From Octopus sinensis (taxonomy: Eukaryota): a stretch of DNA of 64,000 bases. The DNA lies in NCBI RefSeq assembly GCF_006345805.1, contig NC_043015.1, forward strand, positions 43,338,001 through 43,402,000, given 5' to 3'. Below, one piece after another: positions 26,395 through 38,149 of this stretch. A model generated the notes under the pieces. The model made no database searches and was not told where the DNA came from. It saw only the letters and a list, made by a program, of their open reading frames with translations. Every line of letters starts with the position of its first letter. The first letter of the stretch is position 1. The position numbers and the translations under genes were made by a program.

Positions 26395-26815
26395 GGACTG
26401 CTGGCAGAAACGTTAGCACGTCGGGCGAAATGCGTAGCGGTATTTCGTCTGCCGTTACGGTCTGAGTTCGAATTCCGCCGCGGTCGACTTTGCCTTTCAT
26501 CCTTTCTGGGTCGATAAATTAAGTACCAGTTTCGCACTGGGGTCGATGTTATCGACTTAATCCGTTTGTCTGTCCTTGTTTGTCCCCTCTGTGTTTAGCC
26601 CCTTGTGGGTAATAAAGAAATAGATATTTCGTCTGCCGTTACGTTCTGAGTTCGAATTCCGCCGAGGTCGACTTTGCCTTTCATCCTTTCTGGGTCGATA
26701 AATTAAGTACCAGTTTCGCACTGGGGTCGATGTAATCGACTTAATCCGTTTGTCTGTCCTTGTTTGTCCCCTCTGTATTTAGGCCCTTGTGGGTAGTAAA
26801 AAAAATAGGCATTCG
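26395..26815 (+). mobile_element. S1 SINE dimer
   Basis: Head plus two near-identical bodies, period 184 bp (26440 and 26624). Confidence 0.85.
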
Positions 26816-27240
26816 ACCAAGGCACCGCGCAGTGGGAGGGAACTCGAAGGCACGGGCTTTTGAGACGTGCCTGTGAACGGAAACCAACGCAGGTAAACGT
26901 CTGCTCATCCTGGCAGGTAATCGTCCGCTCCATCAAGACAGGTACGGAGCTATAAGATTGCCAACTTGGGATCACAACATCCCTGGAAAAGATACAACGT
27001 GTACAATAATACATTTTCTTACTTCTTTGACATAGTTTTCTTCTCTGTGATATCAAAAACGTGACAAGCATTTTCTTTCAACGGATACGTGACAAGATAT
27101 TTCGATAAGAAGAACCAGCGAAATTTATATTTTTACTTTGACAAAGACACATTACTTATTTTTATTTTTTCAGTTTTCTTAATTCTTCTTCTTCTTCTTC
27201 TTCTTCTTCTTCTTCTTCTTCTTCTTCTTCTTCTTCTTCA

Positions 27241-27297
27241 CTAGTTTTATTTTTGTAGCGTGCTTTCATTTCACTACCGAGCGCAGCTCTGTGTGCC

Positions 27298-27299
<2 letters not shown>
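27241..27299 (-). mobile_element. Very short 3' UTR fragment of the same R4/Dong-like family
   Basis: Reverse complement AAGGCACACAGAGCTGCGCTCGGTAGTGAAATGAAAGCACGCTACAAAAATAAAACTAG matches about 35973-36030; it lies between (CTT)n and (ATT)n. Confidence 0.75.
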
Positions 27300-27340
<41 letters not shown>

Positions 27341-27362
27341 TACCATCATCTTCATCATCATC

Positions 27363-27408
<46 letters not shown>

Positions 27409-27589
27409 TATCATCATCATCATCATCATCATCATCATATCATCATTATTATTATTATCATTATTATTATCATTATTATTATTATTATTATATTATTATT
27501 ATTATATCATCATCATCATCATTATTATTATTATTATTATCATCATCATCATCATTATTATTATCATTATCATCATCATCATCATTATT

Positions 27590-27621
<32 letters not shown>

Positions 27622-28057
27622 TATTATTATTATCATTATTATTATTATTTTCTCTTAAAGCATTAATCAAGACATATCATGTGATATAAAAATACAACTA
27701 CGACACACAAAATCGCAGATTATCAGACGTATTTTTCTTATCATTGAAACTTTTTTTCAAATATACAAACGGAAATAACAAAACAAAGTCGTGTTTTATC
27801 CGGTTGGAATCACTTAAGAAACAAATATTTCATTATGATAATAGAAAAAAACAACAACCAACAAAAAAAAGGAAAATTATTTTAAAGTTGTGTGTTAAAT
27901 GTATGTCTATATCCACAAAACAATGTAGAGTCGGTGATATTTCACGTGAATTTGCTTCAGACAAATGGGGTTTCTATATTTGTTTTCATTCACACTATTT
28001 ATTTTATTCGTCTAAAACCTTTATAGAAATTATTTACTCTTATTAATATATATATAT

Positions 28058-28116
<59 letters not shown>

Positions 28117-28195
28117 TATATATACCGGAGTAAACACATAAATGTGAAACAAGGTGGAAAAAAGAGTACTCAAATACCAGTGGTAGAGTAATATG

Positions 28196-28362
28196 CTTTA
28201 TTTAAAGCAGCAGAAAATTCAACAAAATCTGTTACTCTGAGTTTCTCGTTGCCGTTCATCAGACAGTTTTTGCTAGAATCTGTCTGCAAAACTGTCTGAT
28301 GAACGGCAACGAGAAACTCAGAGTAACAGATTTTGTTGAATTTTCTGCTGCTTTAAATAAAG
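28196..28362. repeat. Perfect 75-bp inverted repeat with a 17-nt loop
   Basis: 28196-28270 is the exact reverse complement of 28288-28362. Confidence 0.95.
28286..28336 (+). ncRNA. Type I hammerhead ribozyme motif inside a perfect inverted repeat (mirror copy on the minus strand at about 28222-28272)
   Basis: Stem I GCAAAACUGU/ACAG(A)UUUUGU (10 bp, one bulge), CUGAUGA, short stem II (A)CG-GCAA-CG(A), GAAA, stem III ACUC-A-GAGU, GUA triplet. Confidence 0.7.
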
Positions 28363-28558
28363 TATATATATATATATATATATTATATATATTATATTAT
28401 AATATATATATATATGTAATATAATAAGAGTAAATAATATTTAATGGTTTTTTAAAAAAACAACAATTATTTACTGGTAGATTTCGGCATGTAAATATAA
28501 CCATTAACGGTAGGAACTTCTATAAAGTTCAGTATTTATATATATTGTATATATCAGG

Positions 28559-28625
28559 TTTACGCTGATGAAAGACATGAAATATATATTTTATTATATT
28601 TCTAATCTAGAAACGCGTTCGTAAA
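28559..28625 (+). ncRNA. Minimal type I hammerhead ribozyme motif with extended stem II
   Basis: Stem I UUUACG/CGUAAA (6 bp), CUGAUGA, stem II AGA/UCU plus GAAAUAU/AUAUUUC with an A-A mismatch at the base, GAAA, ACGCGU palindrome, GUU triplet. Confidence 0.7.
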
Positions 28626-28859
28626 TGACCGTTAGACTTTGTTTTCGTTATTTATTCCTTCTGTTTTGCATATGTGAATTACAGGGATATGTCGTATGTG
28701 GAGTCTCATTTGTAGAAAATAGAAATAAACAGTTACTGGCTGCTATTTCTAAATTTTTCGGTATGCGGCTAAGCAACCTGTTGCCTGCCTCTTTTTATAT
28801 ATATAATATATATAATATATATATATATATATGTATATTTTTTTTATTATTTCATTCTT

Positions 28860-29210
28860 TTATTCCTTTACTTGTTTCAGTTATTTGACTACGGCCATGC
28901 TGGAGCGACGCTTTTAGTCGAACAAATCAGCCCTAGGACATATTCTTTGTAGGCCTAGTACTTATTCTATCTGTGTGTTTGTGTATGTGTGTGTGTGTGT
29001 GTGTGTGTATGTCTGTATTTGTCCCCCACAACATCGCTTGACAATTGATGCTGGTGTGTTTACGTCCCCGTAACTTAGCAGTTCGGCAAAAAAGAGACCG
29101 ATAGAGTAAGTACTGGACTTACGAAGAACAATTCTTGTGGTTGATTTGCTCGACTAGAGGCGGTGCTCCAGCATGGCCACAGTCAAATGACTGAAACAAG
29201 TAAAAGAGTA
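28860..29210. mobile_element. Two S2 3' halves in inverted orientation
   Basis: Minus tail at about 28860-28970 and plus tail at about 28975-29210. Confidence 0.7.
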
Positions 29211-29768
29211 TGTACTCAATGCATGAAGTTTCTTTGTTGGGTCCAAGGCCCAAATGAAGAGCCCTCCACAGGAGCTAGCTTAAAAGCAGCCCGATATGTA
29301 TCAGTTTGCAGTATCTCATTGCAAATGAGATATTATAAACCGAAACACCACAGGCAAGGTTTCTTCCTTGGTTTGTATCAATTCAAACTGGTCTACTAAT
29401 AGAAAAACCATGCAGAAGTTACAATAATCATCAAAACTACAAGATCCTCTCCGCTCACACGCACCCCCCCACACACAAATAACCTTAGGCATAAACAACA
29501 AATCAGCGTAAACATTCAACTAGTTCATCGATGCCTCTGATTAAGGAATAAGAAAGCAATTTAACACTATCGATCTCGCCAAAGAGTATACGAGATAAAC
29601 TATAAACCATTTAAAGTAGAGAGAATTCAAACTATAAAACAAAATTAAATCGAAAGAATGTTAGGATTGCAATTCCAAAGACAACAGAATTCCAGTTAAT
29701 TGGGGAATACTGGAATATCTTCATAATGTTACTGCCAATTGCCAAGCTCAATGGAAATTACTACGAGA

Positions 29769-29844
<76 letters not shown>

Positions 29845-31562
29845 CATGTGAATGTATAGTGTTAATAGAAATCTTGGAGTTGCTTTTGTTTTCGTTTGTT
29901 TTGGCGGTTTTATTACAGTTTGTTTTGTTTGTTTTTTATTGTATATTTTTCTGGGCGTATATGTATGTATTTATACACATGCACAATATATATACGCACA
30001 CAATACACACATACACACACTTGCACACACAACACACGTATACACATACATACACACACTTATACACTCACCACACACATACACACATATATACATACAT
30101 ACTTATACAAACACGACACGCACATACATACACACTCATAAATACATACATACATACATACTTAAATACATACATACATACTTATATACATACATACACA
30201 CACATTAATACATACATACATACATACATAAATACATACATACATAAATACATACATACATACATGCATACATACATAAATACATACATACATTCATACA
30301 TACATTACATACATACATACATTCATACATACATACATACATACACACACATACATACATCATACATACATTCATAATGCATACATACATACATACATTC
30401 ATACATACATACATACATACTACATACATACATACATACATTCATACATGCATACATACATACATTCATACATGCATACATACATACATACTTACACACA
30501 TACATACATACATACATACATACATACATACATACATACATACATACTTACACACATACATACATACATACATACGATGCGATTTGTATCTTTGTTAGAA
30601 ACGAGCTCCTTCTTTAGGGCAAGAATTTAAATAGTTAAACAGAATGCACACAAGCACATGAACACACACATGTATGTGTGCATATATATATATATATATA
30701 TAATATATATATATATATATTATATATATATGTATGTATGTATTTATGTATATATGTATGTGTGTATGTATAGACATGTGGCAGTGGGTGAAACACTTGG
30801 AAACCCAACAGTATGACTGGGTGGAGGTGTTGTTTTATAGTGGCCTGTGGGGTGTTAGATAATTATGTATTACGATGCATTTTCTAAAAACAAAAGAAAA
30901 AAATGGAAAACAAAGAAAAACAAACACACACAGTGTGATGTATTGATTAATGGGGTTACGGTTTCTCTAAGTGGTTCTATATTTGTGCAAGGAATAGCTT
31001 TTGGAATAAGCACTTGTAATTTAGATCTCAATCTAGAGGGAAATTAAAGAATTTAAGCATCTTCCGTGACGAAGGGGAAAGTTGAAATGAAGGCAGAAAG
31101 GAAGAAGATAAAAAAGAGAAAAAAAGGGTCTAAGGCAATAATAGTTTTACAAATATAAGACATGTAGTTTGCTTACATTGCTATGGGTCTAATGGATAGT
31201 GACTGCATGCATACATACATACATACATACATACATACATACATACATACATACATACATACATACATACATACATACATACATACATACATACATACAT
31301 ACATGCTTGCATACATACATGCTTGCATACATACATACATACATACATACATACATACATACATACATACATACATACATACATACATACATACATACAT
31401 ACATACATACATACATACATACATACATACATACATACATACATACCTACATACATACATACATGCTTGCATACATACATGCTTGCATACATACATACAT
31501 ACATACATACATACATACATACATACATACATACATACATTCATTCATATATAAGTATATAG

Positions 31563-32000
31563 CTATTATATAAAATCCGTTCTGTCTGTCTGTCTGTCTT
31601 CTAGGATCTCGGGTATCCGCCATCCGATTGCGCTCAAATTTGATTTGTAGATACCGACGGCTTCAGGGCGTGTATAAGTCTTGAAAAAATTTGAAAAATC
31701 GATTCCAGGTGATAATGCGATCGATAAAGCCGTAGGAACGTGCATTTGAATGCGTAAGTACATCAGCTGTTGCGATCAATACTACGCGTACGCGAGAAAA
31801 ATGCACGTGCAGTTTGCACAAAAAAAAGCCGGCTGGCTTGAAATAATGCCACAAAATGCAGTATATTTAAAAGACCAAAAAAGTAAAATGCAAAAGAGAT
31901 ATTTTCTTCAAACTTGACATGAAGAAAGGAAAGACTCATTGGTTTCTCAATAATTTTTTTTTTGCCTTTATTTCGTTTAACAAAACCAAAAATTTTATTG
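31563..32000 (+). mobile_element. Helitron/Helentron-like 5' fragment
   Basis: Starts CTATTATATAAAA...TCTGTCTGTCTGTC...CCGATTGCGCTCAAATTTG, the same layout as the start of the 4569 element. No clear 3' terminus seen; right boundary approximate. Confidence 0.4.
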
Positions 32001-32115
32001 AAATGAAGGCATGCAGAATTATTTTTTAATGAAAAGAAAACACTGATTGCTTTTTATTCAGCAGATATGATTCAGCACCGTCCATTGGACGGCGGAGGGT
32101 GGGGGCGTTTTGCCC

Positions 32116-32147
<32 letters not shown>

Positions 32148-32149
32148 TT

Positions 32150-32950
32150 TCAAAGTGAAGCATCCATCGTATTTGGAAGCACTGAAATTACAGTCATAGA
32201 AGTCATTGGAATTACAATCTGTGAACAATCTGTGCTCGCAAGGAAGATGACCCGGACCGAAGAGGGGAGTTTCTCGAGTGATATTTGGAGTGATATTTGG
32301 CAAGATATGTGGAAAATGGACACCTTCCAACAGAGATCGTTTAATTAAACTTGCTGTGACAAAGCCACAGGACTTTGAAGGGATGGGGTTTTATTTGTAG
32401 CAAGATGTGGCACTACCATATTACCATAGTAGTAAAAGAGCCTACCTTGATGAGGTTTTGCTAAACAGTTGAATTCGAGGAAGAGGTTCAGTAGAACACC
32501 TTTCACGTTCATCGAACCGCTCAGCATTTAACATCATTTTTATGGGGGGAATACTTAGAAGATAACATTCACGGTATAAACCCGGCAACAGTTGGAAAAT
32601 GGACACCTTCCAACAAAGATCGTTTAATTAAACTTGCTGTGACAAAGCCACAAGACTTTGAAGATATGGGGGTTTCATTTGTAGCAAGATGTGGCACTAC
32701 CATATTACCATAGTAGTAAAAGAGTTTACCTTCATGAGGTTTTGGCAAACAGTTGAATTCGAGGAAGAGGTTAAGCAGAACATATTTCACGCTCATCGGA
32801 CCGCTCAGCATTTGACATCATTTTTATGGGGGAAATACTTAGAAGAAAAATTCACGGTATAAACCCGGCAACAGTTGATGAATTGAGGGCAGGCATTGAA
32901 CAAAAATACACACAAATGCCGAACAAAATATTTCTTGAGGAATAATACAA
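32150..32950 (+). pseudogene. Degenerate Tc1/mariner-superfamily transposase fragment (DD41D-like) with an internal tandem duplication
   Basis: Frameshifted remnants EDDPDRRGEFLE, QQDVALPYYH...RAYLDEVL...RGRG.VE and ...VDELRAGIEQ. A unit of about 283 bp is duplicated (starts near 32311 and 32594). Subfamily inferred from a reconstructed alignment. Confidence 0.55.
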
Positions 32951-33409
32951 TGAAGTTGATATTTTTCGGAAGTAATGAATCATTAGCATGCCGGAAGTAA
33001 TTTTAAAATAATGATTCATTATTTTTCGGAAGTAATGAATCATTAGCATGCCGGACAAAATGCTTAGCGGCATTTCGTTCGTCCCGACGTTATAAGTTCA
33101 AATTCCGTCAACTTCGCCTTTCACGCCTTTCGGAATCTTTAAAATAAGTACCTGTTGAGTACTGGAGTCGATGTAATCGACTTAATTCCTCCGCCTAAAT
33201 TATTGGCCTTCTGCCAAAATTTATAACCAATATTTTCTGCAATGGAATTACAGGCGTCAGAAATATGAATTAATTATAATCTGGAATCGAAACTGGATCT
33301 ATTAATCAACTTTCTAGATATTAAGTTTCTCACCATAAATCTTTACAATATTATTCTTTTCTACTATAGGCACAAGGTTCGAAATTTTGGGGGAGGAGCC
33401 AATCGATTA

Positions 33410-33750
33410 GATCGATCTCAGCACACAACTGGTACTTAATTTATTGACCCCGAAAGGATGAAAGGCAAAGTCGACCTCGGCTGAATTTAAACTCAGAACG
33501 TAGCTGTAGACGAAATACCCATTTCTTTACTACCCACAAGGGGCTAAACACAGAGGGGGCAAACAAGGACAGACAAACGGATTAAGTCGAACACATCGAT
33601 CCCCAGTGCGTAACTAGTACTTATTTAATCGACCCCGAAAGAATGAAAGGCCAAGTCGACCTCGGCGGAATTTGAACTCAGAACGTAACGGCAGACGAAA
33701 TATCGCTAAACATTTCGCTCGGCGCAGTAACGTTTCTGCCAGCTCACAGC
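33410..33750 (-). mobile_element. S1 SINE with a partial second body
   Basis: Matches S1 with the same unit junction. Confidence 0.8.
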
Positions 33751-34689
33751 CTTTCTTTACAATATTATTCTTTTCCTATCTATGCACAAGACCCGAAAGT
33801 TTGGGGGATGGGGCCAATCGATTAGCTCGATCCCAGTACGCAACTGGTACTTATTTCATAGAAATACCGCAGGGCATTTTGCTAGGTGTGCTAACGGTTC
33901 TGCCAGCTCGCCACCTTTCTCTACACTATTATTAAATATCTAAAAGTAGTTTTATTAACGTGGTTAAAGAGTTCAATACTATTTACTTTATTCTTGTCGA
34001 TGGCATGATTTATGATTCTATATATATTTACGCTATGCAATCACACTATTTGATCACCGGAACACATTATATATTAACGACTGGAAAACAAATCAATCAT
34101 AAATTAGACAGAGATATTGCAAAAGAAATGCTTTCCTTTTCTATAAATGAATTTGAGATTCTGAAATATTTAACTCTTTCAAACTTTGGAACAAGGATAG
34201 TAATTTCAGTGAGATGGGGTAAGACGATTACAGCGACTCCTATTTTTTAACTGGTACTTATTTCATAGACTCCCGAAAGGAAGAAATGTAAAGTCAGCCT
34301 CAGTGGAATTTGAACTCAATATGTAAAAATGGAGGAAATGCGACTACTCATTTTGCCTAACGACTCAACCAGATCGCCGACTTATAATTACTCCTATAAT
34401 ATTACAGTTATTTGTTTCTTTCGCTTTGTGATATTTTTTTAAGTGCTAGACTTAATCCATCTCCTTGTTTAACACCACCAAGGTGTTACAAACAATCGAG
34501 CCAAAGCTCTGGTTCAAACACAACTTTCTCTCTTCTACTTTAAAGTCTCAGATTTTTTAGAAAGTGTATCAAGAGCGTGTGCTTTGTTCTTGTTTTCTTG
34601 ACCAAAACTTTAAAAAAGATCCCTAAATATTTTAACCTTTTGCTATATTTGTAATGAATTTCACTGTTCACAAAGTATTTTATGTCTTT

Positions 34690-34990
34690 AATACCCACAA
34701 GGGGCTAAACATAGAGGGGACAAACAAGGACAAACAGAACGTAACGGCAGACGAAATACCTATTTCTTTATTACCCACAAGGAGCTAAACACAGAGGGGA
34801 CAAACAAGGCAGACAAACAGATTATGTCGATTACATCGACTCCAGTGCGTAACTGGTACTTAATTTATCGACCCCGAAAGGATGAAAGGCAAAGTCGACC
34901 TCAGCGGAATTTGAACTCAGAACGTAACGGCGGACGAAATACCGCAAAGTATTTCCCCCAGCTTGCTAACAACTCTGCCAGCTCGCAGCC
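34690..34990 (-). mobile_element. S1 SINE with an internally deleted second body
   Basis: Matches S1 with the same unit junction. Confidence 0.8.
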
Positions 34991-35189
34991 TTATCTTTAC
35001 AAAGTATTTAACTAAATAATAAATTCGTTATTTAGATAATGTTTAGAACACGAAGAAAATCCTTTGTTATGAATTTATGACTAATAAAGATAAACAATTT
35101 AAAGCAGCCAAATTTGCATCAGAGTACAGGGGTTCGGATTGTGTGAGTTGCTACCAAAACGATCCTCTTATACAAACTCTAAGTTAATA

Positions 35190-35384
35190 CAGTTCTATAT
35201 TTAAGAGATGAGGAATAATGTACATTATTTACATTATTTACATTCGACAGATATTTGTGCTCATCTTATTTTTTTGATAGCACAACGTTTCAGCTGATAT
35301 ACCCTCCAGCCATCATCAGGGGTCTTGCAGAAATTTTGAACCTGGGTTCTCATTCCTAAGGTATATTTCGATGTTATTCTTCTT

Positions 35385-35472
<88 letters not shown>

Positions 35473-35540
35473 TATTGTTGTTGTTGTTGTTGTCGTTGTT
35501 GTTGTTGTTCAGGTCATTGCTTGAAATCGAACTCGGAATC
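35190..35540 (-). mobile_element. tRNA-like head plus hammerhead element (copy C, 5'-truncated at the B box)
   Basis: Reverse complement: GATTCCGAGTTCGATTTC, (AAC)n(AAT)n(AAG)n, CATCGAAATATACCTTAGGAATGAGAACCCAGG...AGACCC CTGATGA TGGCTGGAGGGTATATCAGCT GAAACGTT GTGCT. Confidence 0.75.
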
Positions 35541-35598
35541 GGTCGTAGTAGTTAAGAGCGCGGGCTACTAACCCCGAGATCCGAGTTCGATTCCAATA

Positions 35599-35649
<51 letters not shown>

Positions 35650-36035
35650 TAAAAAAATGCTTTCTAATTGATGTATCAATACCGGCAGATGACAACGTGT
35701 CTCTAAAAGAAATGGAGAAACTCTCAAAATACAAAGACCTGGAAATAGAGGTAACTAGAATGTGGAACCTGAAAACAGAAACAATTCCTATCATAGTAGC
35801 TGCATTAGGCATGATAAAAAAATATTCAGACAAATACATAACAAAAACACTAGGACTTACAAACACATATAACATACAGAAAATTGCACTACTAGGCACT
35901 GCACACATCCTACGCAGAACACTTTCCATACAATAACCATCAGAGCATCACAACAAATCACAGCACATACCCAAGGCACACAGAGCTGCGCTCGGCAGTG
36001 AGTGAAAGCACGCTATAAAAATAAAACTACTGAAT
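35650..36035 (+). mobile_element. R4/Dong-like non-LTR retrotransposon, 5'-truncated 3' end (restriction-like endonuclease domain plus 3' UTR)
   Basis: 35652-35936 reads KKCFLIDVSIPADDNVSLKEMEKLSKYKDLEIEVTRMW...IPIIVAALG...IQKIALLGTAHILRR*, a PD-(D/E)xK RLE-type C-terminus. Flanked on both sides by (AAT)n. Confidence 0.85.
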
Positions 36036-36091
36036 AGTAATAATAATAATAATATAATAATATAATAATAAATAACAACAACACAACAACC

Positions 36092-36131
<40 letters not shown>

Positions 36132-36226
36132 AATAATAATAATAATAATATATATAATAATAATAATAATAACAACACCATCGAAAAATACCTTAGAAAT
36201 GAGAACCCAGGTTCGAAATTTCCCCA

Positions 36227-36274
36227 AGACACCTGATGAAGGCTGGAGGGTATACCAGCCGAAACGTTGTGTTT
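36227..36274 (+). ncRNA. Minimal type I hammerhead ribozyme motif (intact core)
   Basis: Stem I AGACAC/GUGUUU (6 bp, one GU), core CUGAUGA plus one extra A, stem II GGCUGG/CCAGCC with 8-nt loop, GAAA, palindromic stem III ACGU, cleavage triplet GUU. Paired by eye; activity untested. Confidence 0.8.
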
Positions 36275-36970
36275 ACAACAAACAAGATGAGGACAAACAA
36301 GATGTAACCAAGGATAGAAACTATAGCGTGATCGCTCCCTCTTTGCTACTAGATTGTTACAAGCATAAACGACTTGGTAAAATTGTATTTACATCATGTA
36401 TTTGATTTTTGTCTTTGTTGGTTTTTGTTTTATACAAATTTCTAGCTTCACCGACTTCTTAAAGCAATTATTATTCTTAAGTGAAGATTTCGTTCAAGTA
36501 GTAAGATTATTATTTAATCCTTTCTTTAAAATAATGGATTACACATGCATCAGTTCGTTGAAGAAATTGATTATTATCCGGTCTATTTATTTATCACTTT
36601 AGTTATTTATCCATCTATTCATTACATTAGGTTGTATCAACGTATTCGAATATTATATTTTTCTTTATATTTGCGTTGTTTTTTAGGGAGAAATAAAGCA
36701 TGAGACAATAAAAACAACAATTTGTTTATCTGAAAGCATTCATAATCCGTTCTTATATACAGTTTAAAATAAAATGGATTTTTCTTAAAGAAAATATCCA
36801 CATTAATAATATTGATTTCTTTTAGTTTAAGCATAAAGGCTGTGTATGATATGGGAAATGTGTTTGAGTGAAGCTGGTGGTCTTTCTTCTCGAGAACATA
36901 AGCGACACAAATGAAAGGAACTGAAACGAGAACACTTTCAAGTCGTGATTAAGATTCATAAATATATATA

Positions 36971-37493
36971 CCGTATTTGACGGCATATAGGACGCACTTT
37001 TTTCCAAAAAATTTGGCTCAAAAAATCGCCCTGCGTCTAATATGCGAAGTCAAGACCCTCCCGTAGGCTAATCTTCTCCCAGACGCTCACTAACCTAGCG
37101 TACGATAAGTATTTCTACCTACGCTAAGAAGTGTGGCATTAGCAATGCCCTCGATGGCACAGAAGATGATGCATTATTTGAAGACAGTGATTTCAGCAGT
37201 AGTGATGAAGATGTACCTTGTTTTGAAGATGATGAAAACTTTTCTGGTGTAGAAGATGATAAAGAGTTTTCTGGTTAAAATGATGATTAAAGATGATTAC
37301 TATTGTAGTTTGTATGCTTTCCTTTTGTATGCTTGCTTTTATACAGCAATGTTTTCTGCTTTTGTAATGTGCTGCTAGACTGCTTTCAACAATATATGCT
37401 TAAATACACTTAAAACTTTTTTTCCTGAATTTGACCTGCTGAAATGAGGGTGCGTCTAATATGCCAGTGCGTCTAATATGCCGTCAAATACAT
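36971..37493 (+). mobile_element. pogo/Tc2-like non-autonomous DNA transposon retaining the transposase acidic C-terminal tail
   Basis: TIRs CCGTATTTGACGGCATATAGGACGCA / TGCGTCTAATATGCCGTCAAATAC. 37123-37278 reads AKKCGISNALDGTEDDALFEDSDFSSSDEDVPCFEDDENFSGVEDDKEFSG*. Confidence 0.75.
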
Positions 37494-37560
37494 GTCCCTA
37501 AATTGTCAGAGGTGTTCCCTGGTTGTCTGGAGGTTTAGGACTCTTCTCTCTCTCTCGCTC

Positions 37561-37615
<55 letters not shown>

Positions 37616-37689
37616 ACCAATGGTTGGTCCAGGCCATGTCTAACAAGATAGCACCACCGAGAAAGATTTGCTAAACCCTTTTAAAGTCA

Positions 37690-37860
37690 AGTTTTGTGGT
37701 ATCATGGCCCATTCTTGTTGAGTGAATTGTATCCAGTATAGGTGTCTTATCTGGTAGTCCTGGCGGAAATTTATCCAGATTCCGTTTCAAGGTAATGGGA
37801 TCCTTTTCCGCTTTCATCTATTTTGGGACAACGTTAAATAGAGGAGGGGCTGTTGAGGAA
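37690..37860 (-). mobile_element. Degenerate CR1/L2-group LINE 3' fragment
   Basis: Minus-strand remnant LFNVVPK..KAEKDPITLKRNLDKF...PDK resembles CR1/L2 C-terminal ends. Confidence 0.4.
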
Positions 37861-38023
37861 AAAAAATTGCGCGTATAAGTATTTATATATATACAAAAAT
37901 ACACACATACACACACACATATGGCTCATATCTTAATTTCTGCGCCATGTGTGTATGTATGTATGTATACATATACACATATATACATATATATATATGT
38001 ATATATAAGTATATATATGTATG

Positions 38024-38065
<42 letters not shown>

Positions 38066-38149
38066 TTCAAATGAATATGGTACTTAATTTAGATGCACCA
38101 GAATTTTGTATGGAGTTATCCATAAAAATTTTCGGGGTGATTATAATAA

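Larger units (their letters stand above)
35541..36297 (+). mobile_element. tRNA-like head plus hammerhead element (copy D) carrying a nested R4/Dong-like LINE fragment
   Basis: Head GTAGTAGTTAAGAGCGCGGGCTACTAACCCC...CCGAGTTCGATTCC, (AAT)n, LINE insert, (AAT)n(AAC)n, then the same tail as copy C with an intact hammerhead core. Head-to-head with copy C. Confidence 0.8.
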
